In this document: in pieces, positions 34,078-43,878 of the stretch
Layout of the letters: each line of letters starts with the position of its first letter
How positions within the stretch are numbered: position 1 is the first letter of the stretch
Assembly: GCA_020628165.1 (NCBI GenBank)
Contig: JAHDFM010000011.1
Location: 18,969-82,968, forward strand
DNA length: 64,000 nucleotides
Origin: Bdellovibrionales bacterium
GTDB lineage: Bacteria > Bdellovibrionota > Bdellovibrionia > Bdellovibrionales > UBA1609
Reading direction: 5' to 3'
Program-made: the position numbers and the translations under genes
Notes under the pieces: generated by a model
Databases searched by the model: none
Told to the model about the DNA's origin: nothing
What the model saw: only the letters and a program-made list of their open reading frames with translations

Positions 34078-36609
34078 ATGTTAAAGTTTGATGGAGAAAT
34101 TGTCGTCAAAGGTGCCAAAGAGCATAACTTAAAAGATATATCAGTCACAATTCCGCGCAACAAGTTAACTGTGGTCACGGGCCTTAGTGGCAGCGGTAAA
34201 TCAAGCCTTGCCTTTGATATTATTTATGCCGAAGGACAGAGGCGTTATTTAGAAGGGCTTTCGGCTTACGCGCGCAACTATATGGTGCAGTTAAAAAAAC
34301 CAGAAGTTGAGTCTGTTGAAGGTCTATCACCCTCCATTGCCATTGATCAAAAAACCATCACAACGAACCCGCGCTCCACAGTGGGAACTGTCACTGAGAT
34401 TTACGATTACTTACGTTTACTTTTTGCTAGGGTAGGTACTCCTCATTGTCCTGAACACAATGAACCTGTTTCTAACCAAAAACCACAAGACATCATTGAT
34501 GAGATTTTAAAACAAAAGAAAGGCACAAAGTTTTATATTTTAGCCCCTATTTATCGCGGTAAAAAAGGGGAGTTTTTAAAAGAGTTTCAAAAGTGGGAGA
34601 AAAAAGGGTTCACCAAAGCTAAAGTGGACGGTGATTGGATAGAGTTGAGTCAGGCAAAAAAGTTGGCGAAACACAAATTTCATGACATTGATTTGTTAAT
34701 TGATCGCCTAGTGGTCGACAAGAAATTTGAATCAAGACTGCAAGAAAGTGTGAATCTTGCCCTCAGTATGGCTGACGGTCTTGTTGAGATTGAAAACTTA
34801 AACACCAAAACAAATAAGCTGTATTCAATACATCGCTCTTGCCCAACTTGCGGTTTTACCTTTCCTGAGCTTGAACCTCGTATTTTTAGTTTCAATAGCC
34901 CTAAAGGAGCTTGTGAGACTTGCAATGGCCTTGGTTATTTGTCTGATGAAGAGGATTTTGAAAATGACTCAGAAGATAGTGATGATTACATTGAATACGA
35001 GGTCTGCCCTAGTTGTGAAGGACAAAAGTTATCTCCACGAGCTTTGAGTGTTTATATTAACGATAAAAATATATTTAGCTTTTCAAAACTGTCGGCAAAA
35101 AATCTTTTAAAAGAATTCAAAGATTTAAAGTTAGGTAACAAACAAAACATCATTGCTGAAAAAATTGTGGAGCAGATCGTTTCAAGACTTGAATATATGC
35201 TAAAGGTGGGAACATCTTATCTGTCACTCAACCGCGAGACACGAACCCTTTCTGGGGGAGAAGTCCAGCGCATTCGCTTGGCCACGCAGGTGGGTTCATC
35301 GATGGTGGGTGTTTTATACGTGTTAGATGAGCCGAGCATTGGTTTGCATCCAAGAGATCACCACCGTTTGCTCGGAGTTATCAACGAGATCAAAGATCGT
35401 GGCAACACCATTTTGTTGGTCGAGCACGATGAAGACACCATTCGTAGTGCTGATTACATCATTGATCTCGGACCAGGTGCGGGCAGTAAGGGCGGAGAAG
35501 TTTCTGCCCGCGGCCCTTACGATACTATTTTAAAATCAAAAGAGGGTTTAACAGCAAAGTATCTAACAGGCGAGTTAGCGATCACTACCCCAAAAGAACG
35601 CCGCCCAGGCAACGGCAACCACATTCGCTTGATTGGGGCAGAAGAGCACAATTTAAACTCTGTCAATGTTGACATTCCTTTGGGGAAACTGGTTGGTGTG
35701 ACGGGGGTTTCTGGCAGTGGCAAGAGCTCTTTGATCATCCAAACTTTGTATCCTGCCTTTTGGAATAAAATCAATAAGACCAACAAGTGGGTGGGAGAGC
35801 ATCAAAAAATTGAGGGCTTTGAACATATCGATAAAGTGATTGAGATCAATCAAAAGCCGATTGGTAGAACTCCGCGCTCAACACCGTCGACGTATGTAGG
35901 AGTGTTTCCTCTCGTACGCAATTTGTTTGCCAGTCTGCCCGAAGCTAAGATTAGAGGTTTCAAGCCTGGTCACTTTAGTTTTAATGTGAAGGGTGGCCGC
36001 TGTGAAGAGTGCCAAGGGGCAGGTGTCAAAAAAGTAGAGATGCATTTTTTATCAGATGTGTACGTACCTTGTGATTATTGTTTAGGTTCAAGATACAACA
36101 ATGAAACCCTGAGTATTCGTTTTAAAGATAAAAACATCGCTGAAGTTCTTAATATGACGGTGACTGAAGCTTGCGAGTTTTTTAAAAACCACAAAAACAT
36201 TCATAAAAAATTAGAAACTCTAGAGCAAGTGGGCATGGGTTACATGACACTAGGGCAAAACTCAACCACACTTTCTGGTGGCGAAGCTCAAAGAGTTAAG
36301 CTCAGTAAAGAGCTGTCAAAACGACAAACGGGCAAAACGCTTTATATTTTAGATGAACCGACAACTGGTTTGCATTTTGAAGACGTCAACAAATTGGTCA
36401 TACTTTTACAAGCGCTGGTAGATAAAGGCAACTCTGTGGTTGTGATTGAGCATCACTTAGACATCATAAAAAACTGCGATCACATCATCGATATGGGCCC
36501 CGAAGGCGGAGATGAAGGTGGTCAAGTTGTTTTCACAGGCACTCCAGAACAGCTCATAAAAAACAAAAAAAGCCACACTGGCATTTTCTTAAAAAAACAC
36601 ATGTCTTAG
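34078..36609 (+). CDS. uvrA: Excinuclease ABC subunit UvrA, short form (843 aa) lacking the insertion domain
   Basis: Colinear with E. coli UvrA from MLKFDGEIVVKGAKEHNLK.. through both ABC modules (GLSGSGKSSLAFD, LSGGE.QR, second GVSGSGKSSL). AGGAG RBS before ATG 34078, which is 1 nt after the fur stop. About 100 aa are missing between CNGLG and CPSCEG. Confidence 0.95.
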   Translation: MLKFDGEIVVKGAKEHNLKDISVTIPRNKLTVVTGLSGSGKSSLAFDIIYAEGQRRYLEGLSAYARNYMVQLKKPEVESVEGLSPSIAIDQKTITTNPRSTVGTVTEIYDYLRLLFARVGTPHCPEHNEPVSNQKPQDIIDEILKQKKGTKFYILAPIYRGKKGEFLKEFQKWEKKGFTKAKVDGDWIELSQAKKLAKHKFHDIDLLIDRLVVDKKFESRLQESVNLALSMADGLVEIENLNTKTNKLYSIHRSCPTCGFTFPELEPRIFSFNSPKGACETCNGLGYLSDEEDFENDSEDSDDYIEYEVCPSCEGQKLSPRALSVYINDKNIFSFSKLSAKNLLKEFKDLKLGNKQNIIAEKIVEQIVSRLEYMLKVGTSYLSLNRETRTLSGGEVQRIRLATQVGSSMVGVLYVLDEPSIGLHPRDHHRLLGVINEIKDRGNTILLVEHDEDTIRSADYIIDLGPGAGSKGGEVSARGPYDTILKSKEGLTAKYLTGELAITTPKERRPGNGNHIRLIGAEEHNLNSVNVDIPLGKLVGVTGVSGSGKSSLIIQTLYPAFWNKINKTNKWVGEHQKIEGFEHIDKVIEINQKPIGRTPRSTPSTYVGVFPLVRNLFASLPEAKIRGFKPGHFSFNVKGGRCEECQGAGVKKVEMHFLSDVYVPCDYCLGSRYNNETLSIRFKDKNIAEVLNMTVTEACEFFKNHKNIHKKLETLEQVGMGYMTLGQNSTTLSGGEAQRVKLSKELSKRQTGKTLYILDEPTTGLHFEDVNKLVILLQALVDKGNSVVVIEHHLDIIKNCDHIIDMGPEGGDEGGQVVFTGTPEQLIKNKKSHTGIFLKKHMS

Positions 36610-36613
36610 GTTG

Positions 36614-37264
36614 TTAAGCCACCTGAAGAAATTTTTGACTGACAAATTTTTCTTCGTCGACTTGGATGTCTTCTTTCACAGACCTCAAATACTCAAGCAC
36701 AAGGTCTTTATCAAACTGAGTGTTAGAGTGTTTAATGAGTTCATCTTTAGCAATTTCCATATCCAAACCTTTGCGATAAGGTCGAGTGTTTGTCATAGCA
36801 TCAACAGTGTCGATGATAGATAAAATGCGGGCAGTTAACGGAATGTTTTTGCCGGCAATCTTGTGAGGGTAACCTTTGCCATCAAAACGTTCGTGATGAT
36901 AACGGATTCCAGGAACTAAAAGTTTAAAAAATGGGTCATAATCAGCGAGGGGTTGAATCATCTGGACGCTGATTTCAGAATGGCTTTTCATAGTTTTGTA
37001 CTCTTCATCAGTGAGTTTTGCAGGTTTTAATAAAATATTGTTTGCGATGCTCACCTTACCGATGTCATGAAACATTCCAGAGTACTCTAAGATTGTTTGT
37101 TGATAAGTGTCTAGCCCTAAATACTTTGCAAGTTTTCTAGCTTCTAAGCCCACGCGACAGCAATGATAATATGTGAAAGGGTCTTTGGCTTTCACTCCTA
37201 AAAGAATTGATTGCGCGACGGCTTGCGCCCAATCTGGCACCCTATGATTCATGTTTCTCCTCAT
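36614..37264 (-). CDS. Stand-alone HD-GYP domain protein (c-di-GMP phosphodiesterase family)
   Basis: Canonical motifs YHCCRV, FHDIGKV, KPAKLTDEEY, HHERFDGKGYP and IIDTVDAMT. 216 aa. Confidence 0.85.
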   Translation of the reverse strand: MRRNMNHRVPDWAQAVAQSILLGVKAKDPFTYYHCCRVGLEARKLAKYLGLDTYQQTILEYSGMFHDIGKVSIANNILLKPAKLTDEEYKTMKSHSEISVQMIQPLADYDPFFKLLVPGIRYHHERFDGKGYPHKIAGKNIPLTARILSIIDTVDAMTNTRPYRKGLDMEIAKDELIKHSNTQFDKDLVLEYLRSVKEDIQVDEEKFVSQKFLQVA

Positions 37265-37490
37265 CCCGACTTAAAAATTATCGGTTTAAGGCGTTCTTTT
37301 CTTTAACGTTTTAGTCTGAAACACTCGACTTATGCCTTTGAAACTACTTATCAAACTGGCAGTCACCTCTAGTACAAAAAAATCAGTTTGCATCAGAAAG
37401 AGACGTGAATATTATCAAAATGATTGACGGCTGCAGAACTGCTTCCTAGATAAAAGTAAAGTAATTTGAATTTTAGCCGAAAAATATTAC

Positions 37491-39131
37491 ATGAAAATCT
37501 TATTACTTGTTTGTACGTCTGTTCTATTAGTTTCTTGTTCAAGGCATGGTTACGACCTGTTGGATCTATCCTCTGTTGAGAACAACTCCACCATTCTCAT
37601 CGAAAAATTGACGGTCAATAACGTCAGTAGCGATAGCTTTAAGGTGAGCACTCAGTTTGTTGGCGATCAAAATTCAAATTCGTCTGTTGTATTATCTTAT
37701 TGTAACCTCACTGACTCTCCAGCTTGCACACCATCAACTGTGTTGGGGAACCTTACAAAAGGAATCGGGAATTTTTATTTAAATATCACTTCTACCAATC
37801 TAACGGGGGGTGATAACCCTGGTGATAAGCTTAGATTGAGAGTGACAAGTGACGGCAGAGAGCTTGAGTATGTGGTTACATTAGCTGACTCTACCGTCAA
37901 TCATATTTATCGTTCTGTTGGCCCAGGAAACACTTCAGCCTTAGCGGTAGGAACAACAAATAGCTTAATCATTGCAGGTAGCACGGCACAATTTCAAAAC
38001 CCAATACCAGATAACGTCGGAGTGGGCGATGCCATTCAGTATGACTCAACTGGTGACTCTAGCATCGATAGCATAGCTTTTATTCACGAGCGTTTAGACA
38101 GCACAACTTATGTCGTTAAAACGGCAACTGGGTCTACGCCCAATGTAACTGGCGGCGATAATGATTGGTCTTTATTTAGAGCTTTCACGTCTTTGAGTGA
38201 TGCTGAAGCTGGTAATGAAAACACAGGCATTGACCCAGCTGTTCGTTCTTTTGACACTTGGTCTGGGGGAGCTGATTTAGTTGCTTTGGATTTAATATGG
38301 AATTTTGCCTTTTACGGTGATGCTGCCGACACAGCTCAGGCCACTTTTATATCTTGGACGACGTCATCGGAAAATTATATTAAAGTTTTCGCACCCAGTG
38401 CCATTTCAGAGGTGGGTGTCAGTCAACGACATGAGGGTGTTTGGGACAATACAAAAGCGAGAATGAGTGTAACAAACTCTTATGGAATTTATATACTCGA
38501 TGACTATGTTGTTATAGATGGCTTGCAAGTCGAGCTCATCAGCACTGGTACTGACGCCAACAAAAGAGGAATTAGATCGAATGTTTCACAAAGTGTGAAC
38601 ATATTAAATAATATTGTTAAAGGCACAATCAGTTCAACAGGTAACTACAATGGTGGCATAAGTTTATATAGCGGAACGATAGGGTCTGAATCTATAGTTG
38701 CAAATAATATTATTTACGGTTTTGACACGGCTCCGAACTCAGCTGGGATTTTTATGAGTGGGTCCGGTGACTTCTATGTATACAACAACACCGTCTACGG
38801 AGCGTTCGACTGCTATTATGGCATTGCAAATTCTGTCTACAAAAACAACATTGCCCAGAACTGCACTAATACAGGTTTCAGGGGGGCAACGCACGCGGAC
38901 TCCACCAACAACTTGTCTTTGCTAGCGGATGCACCTGGCTCAAATCCTATCAATTCAACCACACTCACTTTTGTTGATACTGTCGGGCATGACTACGCTC
39001 TATCTGCGACAGACACGGCAGCCATTGCCACAGGGATGAACCTTCTTCTTGATTCTGTGTTTCCTTTTAACTTTGACATGCTCAATAGACAACGTGACGC
39101 CGATTGGGATTTAGGTGCTTTAAAAAACTAG
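37491..39131 (+). CDS. Lipoprotein with right-handed parallel beta-helix repeats
   Basis: Lipobox LLVSC|S. The C-terminal half has periodic NNIV/NNII/NNTV/NNIA repeat starts typical of pectate-lyase-fold beta-helices. Confidence 0.6.
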   Translation: MKILLLVCTSVLLVSCSRHGYDLLDLSSVENNSTILIEKLTVNNVSSDSFKVSTQFVGDQNSNSSVVLSYCNLTDSPACTPSTVLGNLTKGIGNFYLNITSTNLTGGDNPGDKLRLRVTSDGRELEYVVTLADSTVNHIYRSVGPGNTSALAVGTTNSLIIAGSTAQFQNPIPDNVGVGDAIQYDSTGDSSIDSIAFIHERLDSTTYVVKTATGSTPNVTGGDNDWSLFRAFTSLSDAEAGNENTGIDPAVRSFDTWSGGADLVALDLIWNFAFYGDAADTAQATFISWTTSSENYIKVFAPSAISEVGVSQRHEGVWDNTKARMSVTNSYGIYILDDYVVIDGLQVELISTGTDANKRGIRSNVSQSVNILNNIVKGTISSTGNYNGGISLYSGTIGSESIVANNIIYGFDTAPNSAGIFMSGSGDFYVYNNTVYGAFDCYYGIANSVYKNNIAQNCTNTGFRGATHADSTNNLSLLADAPGSNPINSTTLTFVDTVGHDYALSATDTAAIATGMNLLLDSVFPFNFDMLNRQRDADWDLGALKN

Positions 39132-39229
39132 CGTTGATAATATTATTTTTTCGACTTTTAAAACATCAATAGATAGTTCTCATCAAAAATATATTTGAAG
39201 AACTTGGGGGTATGCCTCAGGTTTAGGAT

Positions 39230-39550
39230 TTACTTCCAGCCTTTTGTGCTTCCATCAGACCGTTGTCGAGAACATTTGAATCTATCCACTGAATCAGGAC
39301 GTTTTTTTTGTTGTTTGAGATGGCCTCTTTCACTAGCTCGTTTGCGCCAGCGTTTGTAAGCCTTTTCATCGAGTTGAGTTCTCATGAAGCTTTCGACCTC
39401 ATTGGGCGACAGACCAAATTGCTTTTTTATGGCTTCAAAGCTTGTACGATCTTCCCAAGCCATTCGAACAACTCGGTCTTGATCCTCTGCTGATAAGCTT
39501 TGATAGGTCTTTTTTTTACTGTTAGAAATGCCCATAACCAAAAATAACAT
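39230..39550 (-). CDS. TIGR03643/DUF2805-family small protein
   Basis: MAWEDRTSFEAIKKQFGLSPNEVESFMRTQL..YKRWRKR matches my recollection of that family's core. The start may be ATG 39533 instead of 39550. Confidence 0.6.
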   Translation of the reverse strand: MLFLVMGISNSKKKTYQSLSAEDQDRVVRMAWEDRTSFEAIKKQFGLSPNEVESFMRTQLDEKAYKRWRKRASERGHLKQQKKRPDSVDRFKCSRQRSDGSTKGWK

Positions 39551-39679
39551 ATGTCATCAAAAGCAGCTAGCTTGTAATCTAATTTTTTATAATATCAGTC
39601 TTTGTAGTAGAGAACTCTGAAAAAACTTCTCAAATTCAGTAGAAAGCAATAAAACTGACTCAATAGAAACTATAAAGCT

Positions 39680-39733
39680 GTCACCCAGAGCGGAATATTG
39701 TCACCCTTAGCGAAGCGAAGGACCTAAGCGCTA
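39680..39733 (+). repeat. Dispersed GTCAYCC..GCGAAGCGAAGGAC repeat, two tandem units
   Basis: GTCACCCAGAGCGGAATATT-GTCACCCTTAGCGAAGCGAAGGACCTAAGCGC lies just 3' of the LamG gene stop. CTTAGCG and CGCTAAG can pair. Confidence 0.7.
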
Positions 39734-39829
39734 AGATAAATATATTTATATTTTGAGATCGGGAAGTTCTGACTATTAAGTCAATGGGTCATTTCTTAGC
39801 CCAAACAGATTCATTCACAAAAAAATATC

Positions 39830-42800
39830 TTAATTATAGTTAATATCAATCTCGTCAATAGTGCATTGATCAGTTTGAGCCGGGTTCGAACGTAAGTAAC
39901 CAATCACTTCAAGCTCTCCAGCTCCAAATTGGGTGGCAAATTGTTTGATATTATTAGTGACTTCAGATGCAATGTTTCTATGAGACTCATCGCTCACTAA
40001 TGTCCAAGAAGTACCATCATGATAATAACTGTTGGGGCTACGGTGAAGTCTGAAACTTGCACAAGAATCGGCACTAATGTTTGCGCTCATGATGCTAGTA
40101 AAATTAATTGGAGACTTTGGCTTTACTTCGACGTATTCACTGGCGTATTTAGTTGTGTTTGCTGGATTTAGGTTTACGGATGTGAGTTCTGGCAAACATG
40201 GTTCTCCACCACAGACAGTGTTGTCATCGGCTTCCATATACACTCGGTACTGAGCGTACCTATTAGCAGACGGTGATACAAACTGAGTGTAATCAATGTT
40301 TAAAAACTCTGGGCCTGTTGGTTTGGAACTTCCCGTAATTGAGATCTCATCTTCTACACAAATACCAGGGTTGCTATCAGTAGTGTTCAAAGCGCAGTTA
40401 AAAGTGATATCACTAGGAAGTCGGTTATAAAGCTCACTGTAGTAAGTGGTGCCGTCACCACCTGGTCCGACGAATTCTGCTTTGTAAATATCATCTGAAT
40501 CCGTTGCATTTAAAACCCCATCACCATCACAATCAGTTGTACTTCCTGCAGGAGCCACATTATAGCTTTTACAATTACATGAGGGGTCTATACAGTTTTT
40601 TACTTGCAGTTTTACTCGGTTAGCTCCACGCCGGTAAAGCTCTTGGATTTCAGTATCAATTAAACCTCGTGACCATATTGCTACCTCATCTATATTCCCA
40701 GTAAAGTAATTTGTACTCAAGGCACCAAATGACATAACAGTAAAAGTTTCATTTAAACTATTCGTATCTGGTTCCTGAGAATCCAGCGAACCATTTATAT
40801 ACATATACCTCTGACCATTATATTTCATTAAAAGGATATGATTAAATTCACCAGCAACTAAAGTAATTGTTGAATTGATATTATTTTGAGTTGCACCGTC
40901 ATTCCTTGAATATACTAATGTATAAGGCTGAGCGTGAGTACTGTTTCGATAAGATAATATTTCATGCCCAGAGGGAGTGCTTCTCGTAAAAATTCTATTG
41001 AGTGTGCTATCTAAATCAACCTGATTAATACTAGGTAAGATCCACATAGATATTGAGTAGTCATCATTAAAGTTTGTAACTAATGAAGGGCTCATGTTCA
41101 CGCTCAAAAAATCATCAACTCCATCGGTTTTTATCGACTTCATTAATTTTCCATTAGCATTGAACTCGACTCCTCCAGACTCATCGATATGACTGTTGTT
41201 GCCAGATTTATCTTCATAATCATTATTACCTGGTAAAACACTATCGGCAAATTTTTCATTAAAGTCCCAATAGGCTAAAAGACCACTTTGCAAATTGCCA
41301 GTTAAACCAAAGTAGTCTGATGAACTCTCACTATCTGGGACTCCATCATTATTAAAGTCACCAACAAGTTCTTTCCCAAAAGGTAAATTGGTCGACCAAC
41401 TTAAATCAGGCCAGGCTGAGGTGGCATTGCCTAAATCAATAATTTCTGAATCATAATGACTGGCGTATTTTTGTTTTTGGCGGTCATAAATTGTTTTTAC
41501 ATCAGATGGTGTTAGAGTGGTCTTCCAAAGAGCCACGTCATCGATGTGACCTAAAAATGGCCATCGATTTACACCAGATTCACTAGTAAGCCCCACCTTC
41601 CAGGTTTGTGCTCCATAATCCCTGCTGGTTCCATCAAATGTAGTTGTACCAATGAGCTCACCATCTAAAAAGAGTTGAAGAGTATTGGTTGTGAAGTTCA
41701 CAACGCCAACTACAAAGTAGTAAATGTTAGGAGGTTTAGGGCCGGATAACACAGTCATTGCGACATTACTACTTTGATAGTGAACAACACGAAATAGTCC
41801 ATCATGTCTATAAGTTAAACCCTCATGAAAACCAGTTTTGTTCACAATGGAAAAAAAGCTATCATCAGTGGAGTTGTTTGGTGGTAATCCTGTGGGTTTG
41901 ACCCATGCAGATAATGAGTAGCTCGAATCTTGCAAGTCATCTAGTTCAACATTAGATGGCATATCCATATACTGTAAGCTTCCTAAAGACCCATCGAACT
42001 GAGCAGAACTAGAGCCTATTTTTTGCTCCGCAGATAGAATGGGTCCATTGACTGGTGTTCCATGGTAGCCATTCTCTGAAGAGTCCTGCCAATTTCCATC
42101 CATTTTCCAATAACCAATGATATGATTCCATTGTGGCGTCCAAGACTCAGCTAAAGATGTGTCGCTCGCTTTTAAAACTTTTTGTTGATTGTAAATGGCT
42201 GTTATTTGACCCGTCGTTAAAAGCTCTGGCCAATATATAAAATCGTCAATTTCTCCATCCCATGCGCGATCTTCTAAATCGCGGTTGCCGATATAAAAAT
42301 TATCGATGGTGTTGTTTAAAGCTCCTGATGGAGTGTAGATCTCGGTGATTGTTTGTTGAACGCCATCTATAAAAATAATGGGATCTTTACTATTTGAAGT
42401 TGCATCGTATGTGAGAGCAATGTGATGCCATTTTCCCAGTTCTATTGAATTATTGGGTGTGGACCATTGTCCGGAAGTCACTGAATGATGTGCTCTGAAC
42501 CTTAAATGAGACCCCGATTGATTGACCCAAAGTTGAAGCGAATCGACATTAAAGATTCTCGGAAAAGAGTTCGGAAAGCTATCTAACTTTACCCAGGTGG
42601 ACACTGACATTTGAGAAATTGGTGCAGAATTAGAAAAAAACACACCATCGTCAATGCCATCAAAGCTTAGTGCTTTGTCAAGGTGGCCTGTTAGATGATC
42701 TAGTCCTGTACCATTGGTGTTGATGGTGTTCAGTGTAGGACCCAACTCTCCATCTAGATTGCCATTCATTTTGTAATAATGGCTGGCTTGCAACCAGTTG

Positions 42801-43129
42801 GGTGTCCAGGTGGCAGAATGTTCAATGTCAGTGTGAGTGAGTAGTGAGATTTGATTGTTAGAAAATAGAGTGCCTTGATGATCACCTGAAGACAAATCTT
42901 CGCCTGAGTTGGTAAGATCTAATGGTTTCAGTGTGGCTCTGCCATTACTAAATTCAACAAGGTTACTGTCAAAAACATAGTTATTACTGGAGTTAAACTG
43001 CCAAGTGGAATCAAAGGCTGACCCAAGAGTGAGTTCTGTTTTTTCATAACTGCATGAGCTTATTAAAACCATAAATACAGCTATTGAAAGTAACTTTATT
43101 TTCTTAATTAATTGAATCGCCAAAAACAC
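39830..43129 (-). CDS. Large lipoprotein with multiple LamG/concanavalin-A-like lectin domains
   Basis: Lipobox LISSC|S. Has a recurring LamG_3-type signature (G.IDD[FV]..W: DGEIDDFIYW, GHIDDVALW, GNIDEVAIW) and one thrombospondin-type Ca-binding-like DCDGDGVLNATDSDD. 1099 aa. Confidence 0.65.
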   Translation of the reverse strand: MFLAIQLIKKIKLLSIAVFMVLISSCSYEKTELTLGSAFDSTWQFNSSNNYVFDSNLVEFSNGRATLKPLDLTNSGEDLSSGDHQGTLFSNNQISLLTHTDIEHSATWTPNWLQASHYYKMNGNLDGELGPTLNTINTNGTGLDHLTGHLDKALSFDGIDDGVFFSNSAPISQMSVSTWVKLDSFPNSFPRIFNVDSLQLWVNQSGSHLRFRAHHSVTSGQWSTPNNSIELGKWHHIALTYDATSNSKDPIIFIDGVQQTITEIYTPSGALNNTIDNFYIGNRDLEDRAWDGEIDDFIYWPELLTTGQITAIYNQQKVLKASDTSLAESWTPQWNHIIGYWKMDGNWQDSSENGYHGTPVNGPILSAEQKIGSSSAQFDGSLGSLQYMDMPSNVELDDLQDSSYSLSAWVKPTGLPPNNSTDDSFFSIVNKTGFHEGLTYRHDGLFRVVHYQSSNVAMTVLSGPKPPNIYYFVVGVVNFTTNTLQLFLDGELIGTTTFDGTSRDYGAQTWKVGLTSESGVNRWPFLGHIDDVALWKTTLTPSDVKTIYDRQKQKYASHYDSEIIDLGNATSAWPDLSWSTNLPFGKELVGDFNNDGVPDSESSSDYFGLTGNLQSGLLAYWDFNEKFADSVLPGNNDYEDKSGNNSHIDESGGVEFNANGKLMKSIKTDGVDDFLSVNMSPSLVTNFNDDYSISMWILPSINQVDLDSTLNRIFTRSTPSGHEILSYRNSTHAQPYTLVYSRNDGATQNNINSTITLVAGEFNHILLMKYNGQRYMYINGSLDSQEPDTNSLNETFTVMSFGALSTNYFTGNIDEVAIWSRGLIDTEIQELYRRGANRVKLQVKNCIDPSCNCKSYNVAPAGSTTDCDGDGVLNATDSDDIYKAEFVGPGGDGTTYYSELYNRLPSDITFNCALNTTDSNPGICVEDEISITGSSKPTGPEFLNIDYTQFVSPSANRYAQYRVYMEADDNTVCGGEPCLPELTSVNLNPANTTKYASEYVEVKPKSPINFTSIMSANISADSCASFRLHRSPNSYYHDGTSWTLVSDESHRNIASEVTNNIKQFATQFGAGELEVIGYLRSNPAQTDQCTIDEIDINYN

Positions 43130-43324
43130 TTCAATTACATATCGGTGTTTTGAGCTAAATCATCAAAAAATTTATTGTTTTTAGTTGTGTGTTACGTGAT
43201 TTTAAAGCTTTGGTTTCATTTTGAAACAGGACTTTAATAGAATATACGACTGAGCTATTATCGAGTAACAAAAACGAAGCCATAAACTTCGTTTCTGTTT
43301 GATAAAGTTTAATAAAACTAATTT

Positions 43325-43726
43325 TTAATAGACTTGAAAAACACACTGCTTGGTGCTTTTCAAACACGTGATTTCACCGGGAGGTCTCTGTGCGCAGTAT
43401 GGAAGAGGAGGGCACTCCATTTTATTTTGAGATGTGTAAATAATAGAACCAATTCGCTTGTACTCAGGACCTTCTTTAAGAATTTCAAGGCCAGCTTTGC
43501 CATATTTGTTAATTATTTTAGTTCCACAAGTTGGACCCCCAAAATAATTAGCCTCACTACAATCGGCGTCTGTTTCGCAAGATAAGTCGTCTGAAATGTA
43601 AAATTCAGCCAGTTTTTTAGCAGCCTTTTGAGCGGCCACACAGCGACTGTAATCAGGTGTTATGTCTGCGTAAACAAAACTGCCCGCAAAACAACTCATA
43701 ATAAATGTTAATAATAGATTTTTCAT
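43325..43726 (-). CDS. Small secreted Cys-rich protein
   Basis: Signal peptide MKNLLLTFIMSCFAGSFVYA. Nine Cys in the ~113-aa mature part. No family recognised. Confidence 0.5.
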   Translation of the reverse strand: MKNLLLTFIMSCFAGSFVYADITPDYSRCVAAQKAAKKLAEFYISDDLSCETDADCSEANYFGGPTCGTKIINKYGKAGLEILKEGPEYKRIGSIIYTSQNKMECPPLPYCAQRPPGEITCLKSTKQCVFQVY

Positions 43727-43878
43727 TTAAATCCCTCCCTTTGCAGATTCCTATCTAGCACAAAAAAAGAGGAGGACTAACTGTAAAATATGCAAACTAA
43801 CATTCAGCAACATTTATTATATTTAATTGTAAATTTATACTTTCTTTAACAGACAAGACAACTTGTTTAATGTTTCGC

